A stretch of DNA of 64,000 nucleotides from Sphyrna mokarran (taxonomy: Eukaryota). Below the pieces are notes generated by a model. The model saw only the letters and a program-made list of their open reading frames with translations, did not search any database and had not been told where the DNA came from. Every line of letters starts with the position of its first letter. Position 1 is the stretch's first letter. The position numbers and the translations under genes are program-made. Where the stretch lies: assembly GCA_024679065.1 (NCBI GenBank), contig JAGIQG010000011.1, forward strand, positions 3,906,001 to 3,970,000, written 5' to 3'. This document shows positions 24,496-37,424 of this stretch, in pieces.

Positions 24496-24654
24496 AATCT
24501 TGTGAAGTGGCCACTAATGTTGCACAATCACAGTAGTGTGTTGTCGTCGAAGGAGCGCCAAGTGTTGATTATTGGAGGAGGAGGGAACTGCTTCTCATTT
24601 GGAACTCACCTCAATCATCAGCCAGTCCTATTGGAGCTACCTGAGGTCAGATGA
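24496..24654 (+). CDS. LCMT2: LCMT2 last coding exon
   Basis: tgcag acceptor. Reads [26 protein letters not shown], the typical TYW4 C-terminus; TGA at 24652-24654. Confidence 0.95.
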   Translation, partial: NLVKWPLMLHNHSSVLSSKERQVLIIGGGGNCFSFGTHLNHQPVLLELPEVR

Positions 24655-24905
24655 AACCATACACTCAGGCTAAAAGCGCTCCAATGTGCAGTCAGAAGCT
24701 CTGACAGTGAAATATTATCTCTCTTGGAAACTTTTTAAGGTCATGAACCCAGTAACTGTTCTGTTGAATTTGTTGAAAACTTCATGCGAAATATTGTGAA
24801 CTTCAGTGTCAGTGATCTTGGCAGACGTCATCAATCATTATCAGCCAAATGTTCGTTGGTGCACTTCTAGCATTGTTTTAATGCGTTTTTCCATTTTCTG
24901 GGACC

Positions 24906-24911
24906 AATAAA
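24906..24911 (+). terminator. Candidate LCMT2 polyadenylation signal AATAAA (a second one at 24952-24957)
   Basis: AATAAA about 250 nt after the stop codon, followed by T-rich sequence. Confidence 0.55.
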
Positions 24912-25109
24912 AATTTTAATTTTAAACTTATTTTTGGATTAGCACAATGAAAATAAAATTTGGAGTTGAATTAGTATTAGGAAACAAATGTCCCTGTCAT
25001 TTCAAAATTGCTGCCAGAATCTGTGAATTGGACACTCACCCTGAATCCATAAGGTTTATAAAAGAATAAATCAATCTGTGATTGACTCAGTTTTCAGGTA
25101 GTTGAAAGA

Positions 25110-25770
25110 TAACATTTGTTTGCCAACTTTGAATGGCAAAAAAGGCAAGAAGAGCAGATCCACCAAGTGATTAGGAGCGCGAGTGGATGTTGTTGTTTAT
25201 TGCTAGGGAAGTGAATACAAAAATACTGCACTTGCGCAAGGTATTGGTGAGACCACATCTGGAATATTTTGTACAGTCTTGGTCGCCTTATTTAAGGAAG
25301 GATATGTTTGCATTTGAAGCAGTTCAGAGGAGGTTCGCTTGACTGATACCTGGGATAGGAGAGAGATTATCTTATGAAGATAGATTGGATAAGTTTGGTC
25401 TGTATCCATTGGAGTTTAGAGGAATAAGAGGTGATCTTAATTGAAGTGTAATGTCCTATGGGGACTTGATAGAATGAATGCTGAAAGGATGTTCCTGCTT
25501 GTGGGGGAGGCTTGAACTAAGGAACAGAAAAGGTATTGGAAATGAAGAGAATTTATTTCTCTTGAGGGTTGAGAATCCTTGGAATTCTCTTGTGAGAATT
25601 CTCTGTTTGCCAGACAGCAGGATTATTGAATATTTTTAAGGCAAAATAGATAACCTCTTGATAAAATAGGGTGTCAAAGGGTATTGGGGCAGGAGGGAAT
25701 GTGGATATAGGGCCACAATCAGGTCAGCCATGATTTCATTAAATGGTGGAGCATGCTCACATGAGCTAGA
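25110..25770 (+). mobile_element. CR1 LINE 3' fragment
   Basis: LVRPHLEY..WSPYLRKD..EAVQRRFA remnants followed by a 3' UTR. Confidence 0.8.
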
Positions 25771-26404
25771 ATAGAAATAGTTGTATTTGAAAATGGTGCA
25801 AAACTTTTCTGCCAATTTGCAGTTATTTCTGCATTCTAAGAAGAAATGCTCTTTAACAAAATGGAACCATTTGTTTATGTAAAGATGAACAAATTCAGTT
25901 CACACGGGAACATGCTGACAGGTTGTGAGCCTAGATATTTAGTAAATGCAATTCCTTCTGCATCTCTCTGCACATTTGGAGAATCAAGATAACTCTCCCC
26001 TCCTCAGAATTGTTACAATGTACAAGGAGGTCATTCAGCCCATCATGCCTGCACCAGCTCTTTAAGGAAGCAGTTTACCTTGTGCCATCCCCCTGCCTTC
26101 TCCCCATAACCCTGTTTTTTAAATTTTTTAATTCCCTTTTGACTACAAGTTGATTGAACTTGGGCCCACCACACACTCGAGTAGTGCATCCAAGACCTTA
26201 TTCCTTTGCTGCATGGAAAACATTTAGAAGTTAAAGAGATCAGTGTTATCTAAGAAAATAGTTTATCCTTGGAGACCATACAGCTGAGTTAAAATTACTG
26301 ATAGTTTGCCATTCTTCACAAAAGTGAAAATATACCTTTGGAAAACAATTACACTGTTTTTAATCTCAAATTTGGTTTTTAATCCATAGATCTATAAACA
26401 TGGA

Positions 26405-26478
26405 CAGGGAACATTGGGGTGGCGGCGTGGGCTCGTTGGGCCGAAGGGCCTGTTTCCCGTGCTGTTTTGTTCTTTGTA
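26405..26478 (+). mobile_element. Short young CR1-type 3' tail
   Basis: Near-identical reverse-complement copy at 51603-51677. Confidence 0.65.
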
Positions 26479-27237
26479 TGCACTTTATCTTTCTATCCTA
26501 TACCTTAAAGTAAGGTGGTTACTTTGTCTACAAATACATTATTTTGAAAAATATTTATTTTATACTTTTCTATGCTGAATGAAGTCTCAAGGCTTGATCC
26601 CTGGCGCGGGCAGGGAGTTTGTGGATAAGTGTGAAAGAATGTAATAAATAATTATTGAATTATGGTGCTACTCAAGCCAAATGCCTCTAACGTTTATAAA
26701 TAAAATTACCAATTCTGATTTCTGGAAAATGCACCTTGTAAAATTGAATTATTTTCTTATGAAAATTAAGTTGTGCTCTACATAACATTTCTGTCCATTA
26801 TTGTTGATTTGTAATTTATTTTAAAACATTAGTCAATTTGGAATAACTAGGTGCAATATATATATTTAAGGCAGTCTCGCATCACAACAAGGTATACAAT
26901 TCATAATTTTGCCTGTTTTCTTGGATGTCAGACAATAATTACATTTTCTGACTACATATCATCTTGCTAGTGAACTTACATTTTCAAAGATAAATTCTGA
27001 TAGTTATATGTCATGAGATTTACAGAATGCTGTTCCCTACCCCAAAAGAAACAGTTGACTTGAAAAGGCCTCTAGAAAACTGTATTGTAGGGAATGAGTC
27101 TGTTTGCCATACAGCTTGTTGGCATGTTAAACCAATAGAAACCTCCTTCTTTAATAAAGTATGTCATCTTTGAAAGATCAGACCAGTCACAGTTACTGCA
27201 ATGCATATTTGAATTTCTCTTGTGGGTGTCATTGGAA

Positions 27238-27503
27238 ATTGGAATCCTTACAGTGCATGAGGAGGCTGTTTAGCCCATCAAGCTTGCATCAACAGCAATC
27301 CAACCAAGAACTTACCCCCACCACCTGCATATTTACCTTGCTAATTCTCCTGACATTAAGGGACAATTGAACATAGCCTAACAACTCACACATCTTTGGA
27401 ATGTGGGAGGAAACTGGAGCACCTGGAGGAAACCCACACAGTCAGTCACCTGAGGCCGGAACTCAATGGTTCCGTGAGGCAGCAGTGCCAATCACTGTGT
27501 CAC
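27238..27503 (-). mobile_element. HE1-like SINE
   Basis: Shared body, tRNA-like head and CR1-type tail. Confidence 0.75.
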
Positions 27504-28276
27504 CAGGTCACCCATTACTGAGAGTTCTTCAGAAGCATCTGAGATTTGTTTTGTTAAGTCATGTCACCACCTTTTTTTCAAAAGATGAGAATATTTTTGT
27601 TCAGGAAACCACCTGGTTCCCAACAATCTCAGCAACGAGTTTAGAAAAGGAACTATTGGTATTTAGAGTCATAGACACATTATCATAGACATGATTCATT
27701 TTCTTGAGTGTGTTGGTGTGACAGAGCAACTTGATCAGTTACATTACTTTTCCAACACTGCTCAATCTATTAATTGGAGATTATTTTTTCAAAGATCCAA
27801 ATGTATTGTGGGAATGTATTGTTCGAGGGTTGATATGTGTTTTCACCCAATGACTCCAAATTTCATACTTTTGCTGTTTTTATATGTCTTGGATTATAAG
27901 TGTGGAAAATCTGATTTAAATAGCAAGTGAGGAAGAGTCTGTATGTTTCCAGTAGAGGTTTCCACAGCATCTCAAGAGTTCTGTAAGAGTAATGCAACTC
28001 AAGGATGTAATGATATTTGAAGAGGCACAGATGAATGAAAAAAGGATTTCTCATTCATAGATCTTTTCCACAGAAATCTTGGTATTAACTACAGTCCCAT
28101 TTGACTGAATCTGAGAATAATGGGTCTTCCATAGGGGAAAACCCAGAGTTTCTTCAAATAGAGATTACCTGCAAATTATCCAGAGCTGGTTGTTTAAGTA
28201 GCAAAGTGATAGAAGTATCACTTCTAAGTTATAGCAAGAGCTCAATGAAATTCTTACAAAGTTGACAACTGTGCCA

Positions 28277-29057
28277 CTGTGGGCTGTATGGTAGCACAAT
28301 GGTTAGCGCTGCTGCCACACAGTGCCAGGGACATACTGTTCAATTCTGACCTTGGAGTGGTTTTTACACTTTTTCCCATTGCTGCATGGGTTTTCTCCAC
28401 ATGCTCTGGTTTCTCCTCGCAGATTAACTTTTACAGATGCACCATAGAAAGCATTCTTTCTGGTTGTATCATAATTTGGTATGGTTCCTGCAAGGACCGC
28501 AAGGAACTACGAATGGTTGGGTATGTAACCAATCCATCATGCAAACCAGCTTCCCATCCATTTACTCTGCCTAAACCTCCCACTGACTTTGCAAAGCAGC
28601 CAGCATAATTAAGGACCCTATACACCCAGACTTTCTTTCTTCTACCTTCTCCTGTCAGGAAAAAGATAAAGTCTGAGATCATATACCAACCGACTCAAGA
28701 ACAGCTTCCTGCTGCTGTCAGATTTTTGACTAGTGCTCCTTGCATTAAGTGGATCTTTCTCTACACACAAGCTATGACTAACACTACATTCTGCACTCTC
28801 TCGTTTCCTTCTCTATACTTTGTTTGTATAACATGCAAGAAACAATACTTTTCACTTTGCTAATATATGTGACAATCATAAATCAAAGATGTGTGTGGAT
28901 TAGGTTGCTTGGCTATGCTAAATTGCCCTTTGGTGCCAGAAAGATTAGTAGGGTAAATACAGGGGGGGTTACAGGGATAGGGCCTGAGTGGAATTGTTGT
29001 CAGTGCAGGCTGACAGGCCCAAACGACCTCCTTCTGCGCTGTAGAGATTTTATGATT
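28277..29057 (+). mobile_element. HE1-like SINE split by a Rex1/Babar LINE fragment
   Basis: Head GGTAGCACAATGGTTAGCGCTGCTGCC; body stops near 28422 and resumes near 28889 (GATGTGTGTGGATTAGG). Confidence 0.8.
28423..28888 (+). mobile_element. Rex1/Babar LINE 3' fragment
   Basis: FYRCTIESILSGCIIIWYGSC..DRKEL is typical of the Rex1 C-terminus; homologous to 62920-63718. Confidence 0.8.
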
Positions 29058-30528
29058 TTAACAAAATGTTGTCATAAGCCCGCCTAAACAACTGTGTCCT
29101 TGTCACTTTGCTTCCAAAACGTTAGGGCTGTGTGGGATCAGGATAAATTTCATTCAAAGCATGCAGGAGAGAAAATCTAAAACTTTGCAGCCTTTTTATT
29201 CATGGTAGTGATTGATTGCTTAAAATAAAGATTAAATGATGCAAGAACAAAATTTTATGCAGCTTGGCAAGGTTAAATATCTCAAAGTTAGTCCTTGTGA
29301 TTACTGGGAACAGAAAAATTTAGTAAGATTCTATAGCAATACCGAACAAATCAAAGACAAAACTTATGCATACTTTTATTCCAGAAGAAATCATTAACTC
29401 TGAATTTCAGTTTCTAGTTAGAAGTTACATCATTCCAGATAAAAATGTTTTTGAAGCTTTTAAGGATGATTAAAATCAAATTACCTGGTAACAATTTATT
29501 TCATTCTCAACAAAAAAAAAGGTACAACTTAATTTAGAGAAAGCAGTCTTTAATTTGAGTCAATACCATAATTCCAATATCTCTTTTAATTTTAATAAAC
29601 CCTATTATTACTGCAAGTAGTAACCTTGTGGCCCTTGTACTGCTTAATTAGGCACTTATTTATTGTGACATGCATTTTTAGATTCAACATAAATTAGTAT
29701 ATTGGTTTACACAGTTGTGCTTCAAGAAATGAACACTTATGGGTAGATTTTCCATTAGGTTATATCAGTACAATCAGAATTTTAAACACTTGTTGCATCC
29801 AAGAGCAGTTATGCTCATGTTTGCTGCAAATCTTTTATGCTGGTTCAAGATTCGATTTGTCAGAATCAGGCCATCCCTTAAAACTGGGCATAACACCAAG
29901 TCAAAATTGAGGAATTCTGCCACAGGCACTGGTTTGGAAAGGCTCTTCACTTTGCACTCATTTTCTTAGGCACACAGCAGGCATGTTGTAGAATATTTTC
30001 AATTTTAAATATACTTAAATAGTTTGGTATAGTTTTTAAAAGTCATTTTCAGTGATTTAGATCAGTTTTCCCACAGGTAGAGAACTTTTAAAAACCATAT
30101 TCATTCCTGGGATGTGAGCATTGCTGGCAGGGTCATTATTTGTGACCTATCACTAATTGACCTGAGAAGATGGTGATGAGCTTATTTTTCTTGACAAAAA
30201 TTACACTGGGTTACTACACTTGAAATACATACTCCCTTGATATATTTAAATTGAAAAAAAATCATCTATTCCACTGATTCATGGAAGATTTCATGTGTGT
30301 GATCATGCAAATAAATGGTTGTAGAAATTTGAAGTGTAACCCAACCAATGCAATGGAAAGGACATGTTGGGAAGCATTTTCCAATTGCGCCCAAAGCAAA
30401 GATTCTAAATATTCAGCAAATTTTCCTCTTAAGCTAAACACATGTAATGTATCTTATTAATACTATTTAAATATTCTTTAGATTCAAATCAATAAACTGA
30501 AACCTGCATAAGTTCACTGCTTGCTAAG

Positions 30529-30801
30529 TTACGCAATGATGCGATGGAAAGACTGCACTGTTGAGGTGGTTGCTCCCCAGTCTGCAGCTTTCTGGTATAC
30601 GCCCTTCTCAAGGAGGTACTGCCTTCCACGATAATTTGGAAGTTCGAAGAAAACCCATGCACCATCCAGGACAGTACAGGAATCAATATCTCGAATGTGG
30701 AATTGTTCAAAGACAGATGGACAATCATCTGTATATTCTATTGTTTGAGTTTCATAATCACCTTTGTTGCTGATTCTGATCTTGTAATTGCCAGAACCTG
30801 T
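30529..30801 (-). CDS. CRYGS: Gamma-S-type crystallin exon 3 (C-terminal domain)
   Basis: ttacag acceptor. Reads [75 protein letters not shown]. Missed by the ORF track. Confidence 0.93.
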   Translation of the reverse strand, partial: TGSGNYKIRISNKGDYETQTIEYTDDCPSVFEQFHIRDIDSCTVLDGAWVFFELPNYRGRQYLLEKGVYQKAADWGATTSTVQSFHRIIA

Positions 30802-30995
30802 CTGTAAAACAAAAGAGTATCATGAAGACAATGGCATTCATTCATTAAAAAAATCTATATTTAATTCACTTATTAAAAAAAACTATATTTAATTGTTGTT
30901 CGTTCTTGTTCTAACCATTTGCTCCCTTTTGCTCTTCAAAAAGTAGTGATTTTCTGTTTGATACCTGCTTAGATATCATTAATCTTAAGTGTAGA

Positions 30996-31310
30996 TCATA
31001 GAACCACGACAGTGCTGAAATAGGTCATCTGGCCCATCGAGTCTGCACCAACAATAATCCCACCCAGATCCTATTCCCATAAACCAACATTTTTACCCTG
31101 TTAATACCCTTGACACTAAAGGGGTAATTTAGCATGGCCAATCAACCCAACCTACAAATCTTTGGACTGAGAGTTAACTGGAGCACCCAGAAGAAATCCA
31201 CGCAGACACAGGTGAACATGCAAATTCCACACACAGACAATCACCCAAGGCCAGAATTGAAGTCGGGCCCCTGGCACTGTGAGACAGCAGTGCTAACCAC
31301 TGTCCTACCA
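30996..31310 (-). mobile_element. HE1-like SINE
   Basis: Complete head, body and CR1-type tail. Confidence 0.8.
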
Positions 31311-31626
31311 GGTTTCTCCCATACGTCAACTATCATCATGTCATGTCAATTGGCAGTTTAAACATAACAGACAATTACAGCACAATAATTTCCAGCAGGA
31401 GATATTTTATAGGAATTAAGAGCAGAAATCCTGTTGCCATCATCTTTAAGTATTCAGGTACATTGAGCTGAACAGTAGTGCTGCCACAGTTGCCCTGTCT
31501 AACTCAGATCAATCCCAGCTAGAATTGTACCCAGATTCTTATTGGTCTATTTTATCTATTAAGTTACCATCTGGACTAGCAATGCTGTTGGGAAAACAGG
31601 TCCACATTTCCAAAACAATTATCTAT

Positions 31627-32310
31627 TGTGACATTAATGTACCTATAAGAATTTTTTAAAATTCATTCTCACATTCATTCAGTGATATTGTTGCGTAGAG
31701 AAAAAAAAATGGACAGGGCAAATAGGGATTTCAGTTTAGAGCTGCAGGTTTGAGTTTTTAGTTCTAGAAAGGACAGAAGGCTAAAAAGAAGTGTTTTCCC
31801 TCTCTCCCTATGGTTTTGAAAATTCTGTGGTTAAATGAAAACAAGATCTTGTTTTCCTGAAGGGTGAAAACCTGCTGTTTTTGTGGGGCTGGACCAGACT
31901 CTCCCTGCTGTTTTGGGAAGCTAGATTGTCTTCAAGCTGTTATGAGTCTCAAGGACATTTGACTGTAGAATTCAACTAATGGTCTCAACCCCAGTATTAC
32001 GTGAGCCTTAAGCTATGTTCTGTTTAAATGGTTATTTATGGAGGTTGGTTTAATTGGGACAGTTTATATATATTCATTAAAGGTTAGATATTATTGTGGT
32101 TGTTGTGTTTTATTTTGTAATTGTTAAAAATTATTGCTAATTTTCTTTCCATACATATATTCTTAAATAAACTTTGATAAATATTCCCTAGTGAGTCTAT
32201 TGCATCACACCTGAAATTGAACATATCATTCATATTCTAACCAAATTCAAAACTTATGATTCAGGTAGGCTTCATAAAAGATATTGGAGTTTTTAATTGG
32301 AACTATAACA
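31627..32310. mobile_element. Probable solo LTR
   Basis: TG...CA-bounded 684-bp segment; flanks CTAT/TTAT; internal AATAAA; layout similar to 20707-21432. Confidence 0.45.
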
Positions 32311-32663
32311 TTATGAACTGGTTGATGATAGGGCACAGACCTGAAATCTAAATTGACTCTTGTTTGATGCTTCTGAGATAGTTGAGCATTTCAAGCATTT
32401 TCTGTTTTTATTTCCAATTTTCAACATTCACAATGCTTTCCTCATCTACTAATTATAATGTTTCCTTCAGAGTCGCAGAAGTCCAAACTAGACTAAACCA
32501 AACTAATTTTCCTTATGCTTTAATCAGCTCTCAAAATAAGGAAATATTTTAAATGAAATAATGTGCCATTGCCCCTCAACTTATTTTTAATAAACAATCA
32601 GCTATAGTATTTAAATTGATATTTTATCTTGTCTGTTTGTAAGCAAATGTGCTAGCTAGACTG

Positions 32664-32912
32664 TAAGAAATAGGAACAGCAGGAGGCCATTCAGCCCTTC
32701 AAACCTGCTTCACCATTTAATAATGGTGATCATGGATGATCTAAATTTGCTACGTTCACTCTCCTGCCTTCTCTCTGTAACCCTTAATTCCCCTACCGAC
32801 TCAAAACCTATCGATCTCAATCTTAAAAATGTTCAGGAATTCAGCCTTTACTGCTTCCTGGGGTAAAGAATGCCAAAGATTTGCCGCTCTTTGAAAGAAA
32901 AAATTCTTCCTA
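32664..32912 (-). mobile_element. CR1 3' end
   Basis: GGAGGCCATTCAGCCCTTC..GATCATGG.TGATCT tail, as at 10332 and 15705. Confidence 0.7.
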
Positions 32913-33133
32913 AGTATACAAATATTAATAACTTTGGTATTAGTGATATTTAATTCTAAACTTGTCTTATAACAGAGGAAGCGACAAATATCGTGGTATT
33001 CTAAGGCTCAATTTGTAAGTGCTTACCAATTATGTGCAGTCAATAAAATATGAGTTTAATGCAAATACATCTGCCATAAACATAATTTCAAATGTTTCAA
33101 AGTTGTCTGCAAAAGAATAAAAAATAAACCTAC

Positions 33134-33376
33134 TAGTTGGATCTTGTGGCATGAAGCAATACGATCATTGAATCCCATCCAACTCTTGTAGTCAGGGTAT
33201 TCCCTCTTGGTGAGAACATACAAGAATCCTGTAAAGTTTGGTTGCTCATACACTGCCCAAGCCCCATTCTCAACTTTGATCGAGTTACAACGGCTTAGAG
33301 AGGAGTGAAAATCTGAGCAATCACTGTCACATTCAAAGCGACGGCCCAGAAAATTTTTCTCTTCAAAGAAAGTGAT
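33134..33376 (-). CDS. CRYGS: Gamma-S-type crystallin exon 2 (N-terminal domain)
   Basis: 243-nt phase-0 exon with gtag acceptor and gtaggt donor. Reads [50 protein letters not shown]...[16 protein letters not shown]. Confidence 0.95.
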
Positions 33377-33444
33377 CTACAATTGAATAAAAAGAAAAAT
33401 TAAACTTGTGTTATTCGACATGCTTTGAAAATTTCAAATAATTA

Positions 33445-34260
33445 TCTTGTTCGCCTATTTCCATGTTTAGCAACAGTTTTTCTGTGGGAGTGAATTCCAC
33501 ACATTCACCACCCTCTGTGTGAAGAAATTTCTCCTCATCTCAGTTATAAAAGGTTTACCCCTCACCCTCAAACTATGATCCTAATCCTGCACTCCCCCAC
33601 CATCAGGACCATTCTTTCTGAATCTACCCTATCTAACCCTGTTAGAATTTTATAAGTTCCTATGAGATTCTCTCTCACTCTCTAAACTCTAGTGAATACA
33701 AACCTAAATATTTCCATCCTAAAATCTCTTACAAGCATAGATTTTGAGATCTGCTGTATTCATTTTTATTCTCAGGTGTATATAAAACATGTCATTATCT
33801 TGTAAATGTCTATCAGCCAGTGCCCCACTCCCCCATCCTCCAATGAAAAACAGTCCAAGTTTGTTCAACCTTTTGTCATAGTCTATAACTACCAAACCAG
33901 GCAACATCCTGGTAAATCTCTTCTGTACTCTTTCCAGTATATCAACAGCCTTCCGGTAGTGTGGTGATCAGAATCGTACACAATACTCCAAATGCAGCCT
34001 GACCAAAAAAGTCTTATACAGCTGCAACATGATTTTCCATGTTCAAAATAATTTGTTGATCTTCCAGTCCTACAAAATTCTTAGATTGTAGAATCATGCA
34101 AAACAGGAGGCCAATAATCCATCCTGCTATTTGTTTCATCTCAGACTCCTGCCATCTCTCTAATCCTAAATATAGGTCCAATTCCATTTTAAAATTTGCT
34201 ATTGAATCAGCTTCCATCACCCTTTCAGGTATAGCATTCCAGATCATAGAATCATGGAAT
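33445..34260 (-). mobile_element. CR1 fragments in crystallin intron 1
   Basis: GAATTCCACACATTCACCACCCTCTG..AAATTTCTCCTCATCTC; minus ORF MLPGLVVIDYDKRLNKLGLF. Confidence 0.7.
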
Positions 34261-34504
34261 GATACCTGGTGATCAGTAGCACTCCCCTGCTCTATTCTCA
34301 TAGCCAGTATTTTCTAGCTCCCTTTTCAGGTACTAATCCAATTCCGGTTTCAAAATTATTAGGAGCCTGCTTTCACCACTCTCTCTCAAAGTGCACTTCA
34401 GATCATAACAACTGGCAGTGTAAAAATATTGTTCCTCATGATATCTTATTCTTTTGCCAATTTTTAAAATCTGTGTCCTCTGGATTTTCTGCTACTGGAA
34501 AGTC

Positions 34505-34760
34505 TAAAGTTTATTTATTAATGTCACAAGTTAACACTGCAATGAAGTTACTGTAAAAATCTCTTAATCACTATACTTCAATACTTGTTGAGGCCCACTG
34601 AGGGAAAATTGAGCATGGCCAATACATCTAACCAGCACATCTTTCGAATACAGGAGGCAACTGGAGGAAACTCATGCAGACATAGGGAGAACACGTAAAC
34701 TCCACACACAAACAGAAATCAAACCCAGGTCCCTGTGAGGCAGCTGTGCTAACCACTGTG
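34505..34760 (-). mobile_element. HE1-like SINE (alternative tail)
   Basis: AAAGTTTATTTATTAATGTCACAAG tail plus body. Confidence 0.75.
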
Positions 34761-35164
34761 CTTCCTTAATTACTCATTCATAACCTTTCAAGACTTTGGA
34801 AGTCTTCCATCAAATCTTTTCTCAACCTTGTATATGTTTTGAAGAACAACTGAGGTTATGATAATCCTTGGAACCATGGTCTTGCCATCCTTCTTAAGGT
34901 GTAAATTCTAGGCTTGGCAACAGTTCTGCTGTTAGGGCTGAACTAATATCTCATAAAAAGGTTCAATCTAATTTCCTTACTCTATGCCTCTATTTATAAA
35001 ACCATGGATCCCATGTGCTTTTCTAACAGTCTTCCCAACTTGTTCTGTCACCTTCAAAGCCTGTACTCACATGCCAGGTCCAATTTCTGCACATCCTTTA
35101 ATATTCTGCTAATTTGTTTTATAATGTCTCATCACATTTTTACTGCCAAAATATGTCAATTTTC

Positions 35165-36400
35165 TTTTTTTTATTCGTTCATCATTTACAGGATGTGGGC
35201 ACTGTCTGCTAAAGCAGCAATTATTGCCAATTCTTAATCGCTCAAGAGAAGGGAGTGGTGAGCTGCCACTTTGAACCATTGCAGTTCATACAGTGTAGGT
35301 ACATCCACTGCATTATTAAGAATGGAGTTCTAGAGTTTTGACCCAGTGACAGCGTTGAAATAGTGATATAGTACCAAGAAAGGATAATATATGACTCAGT
35401 GGGGAACTTGCATGTGATGTTCCCAACCATCTGCTGCCCTCATCCTTCTAGGTGGTAAAAGTCATGGGTTTGGAAGGTGCTGTTTAAGGAACCTTGGTGA
35501 TTTGCTGCAGTGTATTTTGTAGATGGTACCCACTGCTACCATAATACATCAATGATGGATGGAGTGAAAGTTTAAAATGATAAAATGTTAATTAAGTGGG
35601 CTACTTTGTCATGGATGGTGTTGATCTTGTGTGTTGTTGGAGCTGCATTCATCCAGGCAAATGGAGAATATTCCATCAGACTCCTGATTTATGCCTTGTA
35701 GGTGGAGGATAGGCTTTGGGAAGTCAGGAGGTGAGTTACTTCCTGTAGAATTCTCAAACTCTGACCTGTAATTATAACAATAGTATTTATGTGGCTGGTA
35801 CCATTTAGTTCCTGGTCAATGGTAATCTCCATATTGATAGTGGAAAATTCAGTGATTGCAATGCCATTGAATATCAAGGCAACTGAATGTTAATGCCTGG
35901 CACTTGTGCAATATGACTGTCATTTGCTACTTATCAACCCAAATACAAATGTTGTATGGATCTTTCTGCACATGTACACGGACTGTTTCAGTATTGGACA
36001 TGTTGGAATGGTACTAAATAGTGCGCCATCAACAGCTAACTGAACAGCAGCAGCACTTCTGAACGTTTGAGGGAGGGGAAGTCATTGACAAAGCAGCTGA
36101 ATATTGTTTGACCCAGAACACTCTCAGAACATCTGTAACAATGTCCTGGAATCTTAATTAACTTCTAACAACCACAACCATTTTCCTTCGTGCTGGTTAC
36201 AATTCCAACCATTTACCCCCTGAACCCTATTGACTCCAGTTTTGTTTGGGCTTCTTGATGTCACATGCTTTCTTGACACCAAGGGTAATCACTCTCATCT
36301 CATGAGTTCAGCTTTATTATACACATTTGGACCAAGGCTGCAATAGGATCAGTAACTGAATGGTCTTGGCTGAATCAAACTATGCATCGGTGAACAAGAC
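35165..36400 (-). mobile_element. CR1/L2-group LINE fragment
   Basis: Minus remnant LRILQEVTHLLTSQSLSSTYKA*IRSLMEYSPFAW; homologous to 20475-22035. Confidence 0.7.
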
Positions 36401-36471
36401 TTTGCATCTGTCCTGTGTTTACCCATGTCATCAGTCTAAGTCTTTTTGAATTCTGTTACTTATCTCCTCAC

Positions 36472-36751
36472 AGAATCTATAGTGTAGAAGGAGGCCATTT
36501 GGCCATCAATCCCATTGAGATCCTATCCCTGTAACCCTATATTTTTATCCTTCTATTATCCCTGACACTAAGAGGCAATTTAGCATCGCCAATCAACCTA
36601 ACCCCTACATCTTTGGTATGTGGAAGGAAACCGGAGCACCCGGAGAAAACTCACACAGACACGGGGAGAACATGCAAATTCCACGCAGACAGTGACCCGA
36701 TGCCAGAACGTGGATTCCTGGCACTGTGAGAAAGCAGTGCTAATCGCCGTG
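36472..36751 (-). mobile_element. HE1-like SINE
   Basis: Well-preserved body GGAAACCGGAGCACCCGGAG. Confidence 0.8.
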
Positions 36752-37424
36752 TTCATTTACTGCATTCTGAGTTAGGTGCTATCTGCAATTTTTAAAATTA
36801 TGCCCTGGATAGTCAAGACCAATCCATTAAAACGTATAACAAAACAAATGCAGTATTCCAATAACAAGTGGAGGATATAACTGCATATAAAACATCCATC
36901 CACTACGACTACTGTCTGCCTCCTTTCCTTCAGGCAGATTAAATCCATTCAATCACTGCCCCATTAATCCTGTGGGCTTCAATATTGAAAACAAGTCTAT
37001 TATGTGGTACTTTATGAATGCTCATCTGAAATTCCATATACACAGCATGAACCACACAACCCTCGTTTGCCTTTCAGTTAGATTTTTTTTTCACACAAAT
37101 TGTAAAGAACAATTCCAAATACTCCACATATTCCAGATATTCCAATTCTCCTGAACTCCCTCATTCCTCGCATTATTTAGGTAAGATCTCAATTCCAAAT
37201 CCTGACACCCTTTCTGAAGGGCAATGCCCAGAATTAGACACAATGTTCTCACCGAGATCTATCCTATGATTTTTAAAGGGTTGCACCACAACCAGGCTTT
37301 TCTAGTCTATAACTCTATTTATAAAGCCCCAAAGGATTCTCTGTGCCTTTTTAAACATCTTTATCAACTTTCTCAGCCACCTTCAAAAGATATATGCATG
37401 TTGGCCACTTTGTTCTAAAGTAAA

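Noticed and set aside
24960-30480. Additional crystallin paralog or pseudogene between LCMT2 and CRYGS
   Set aside because: No Greek-key motifs were found by eye on either strand; only repeats and AT-rich sequence.
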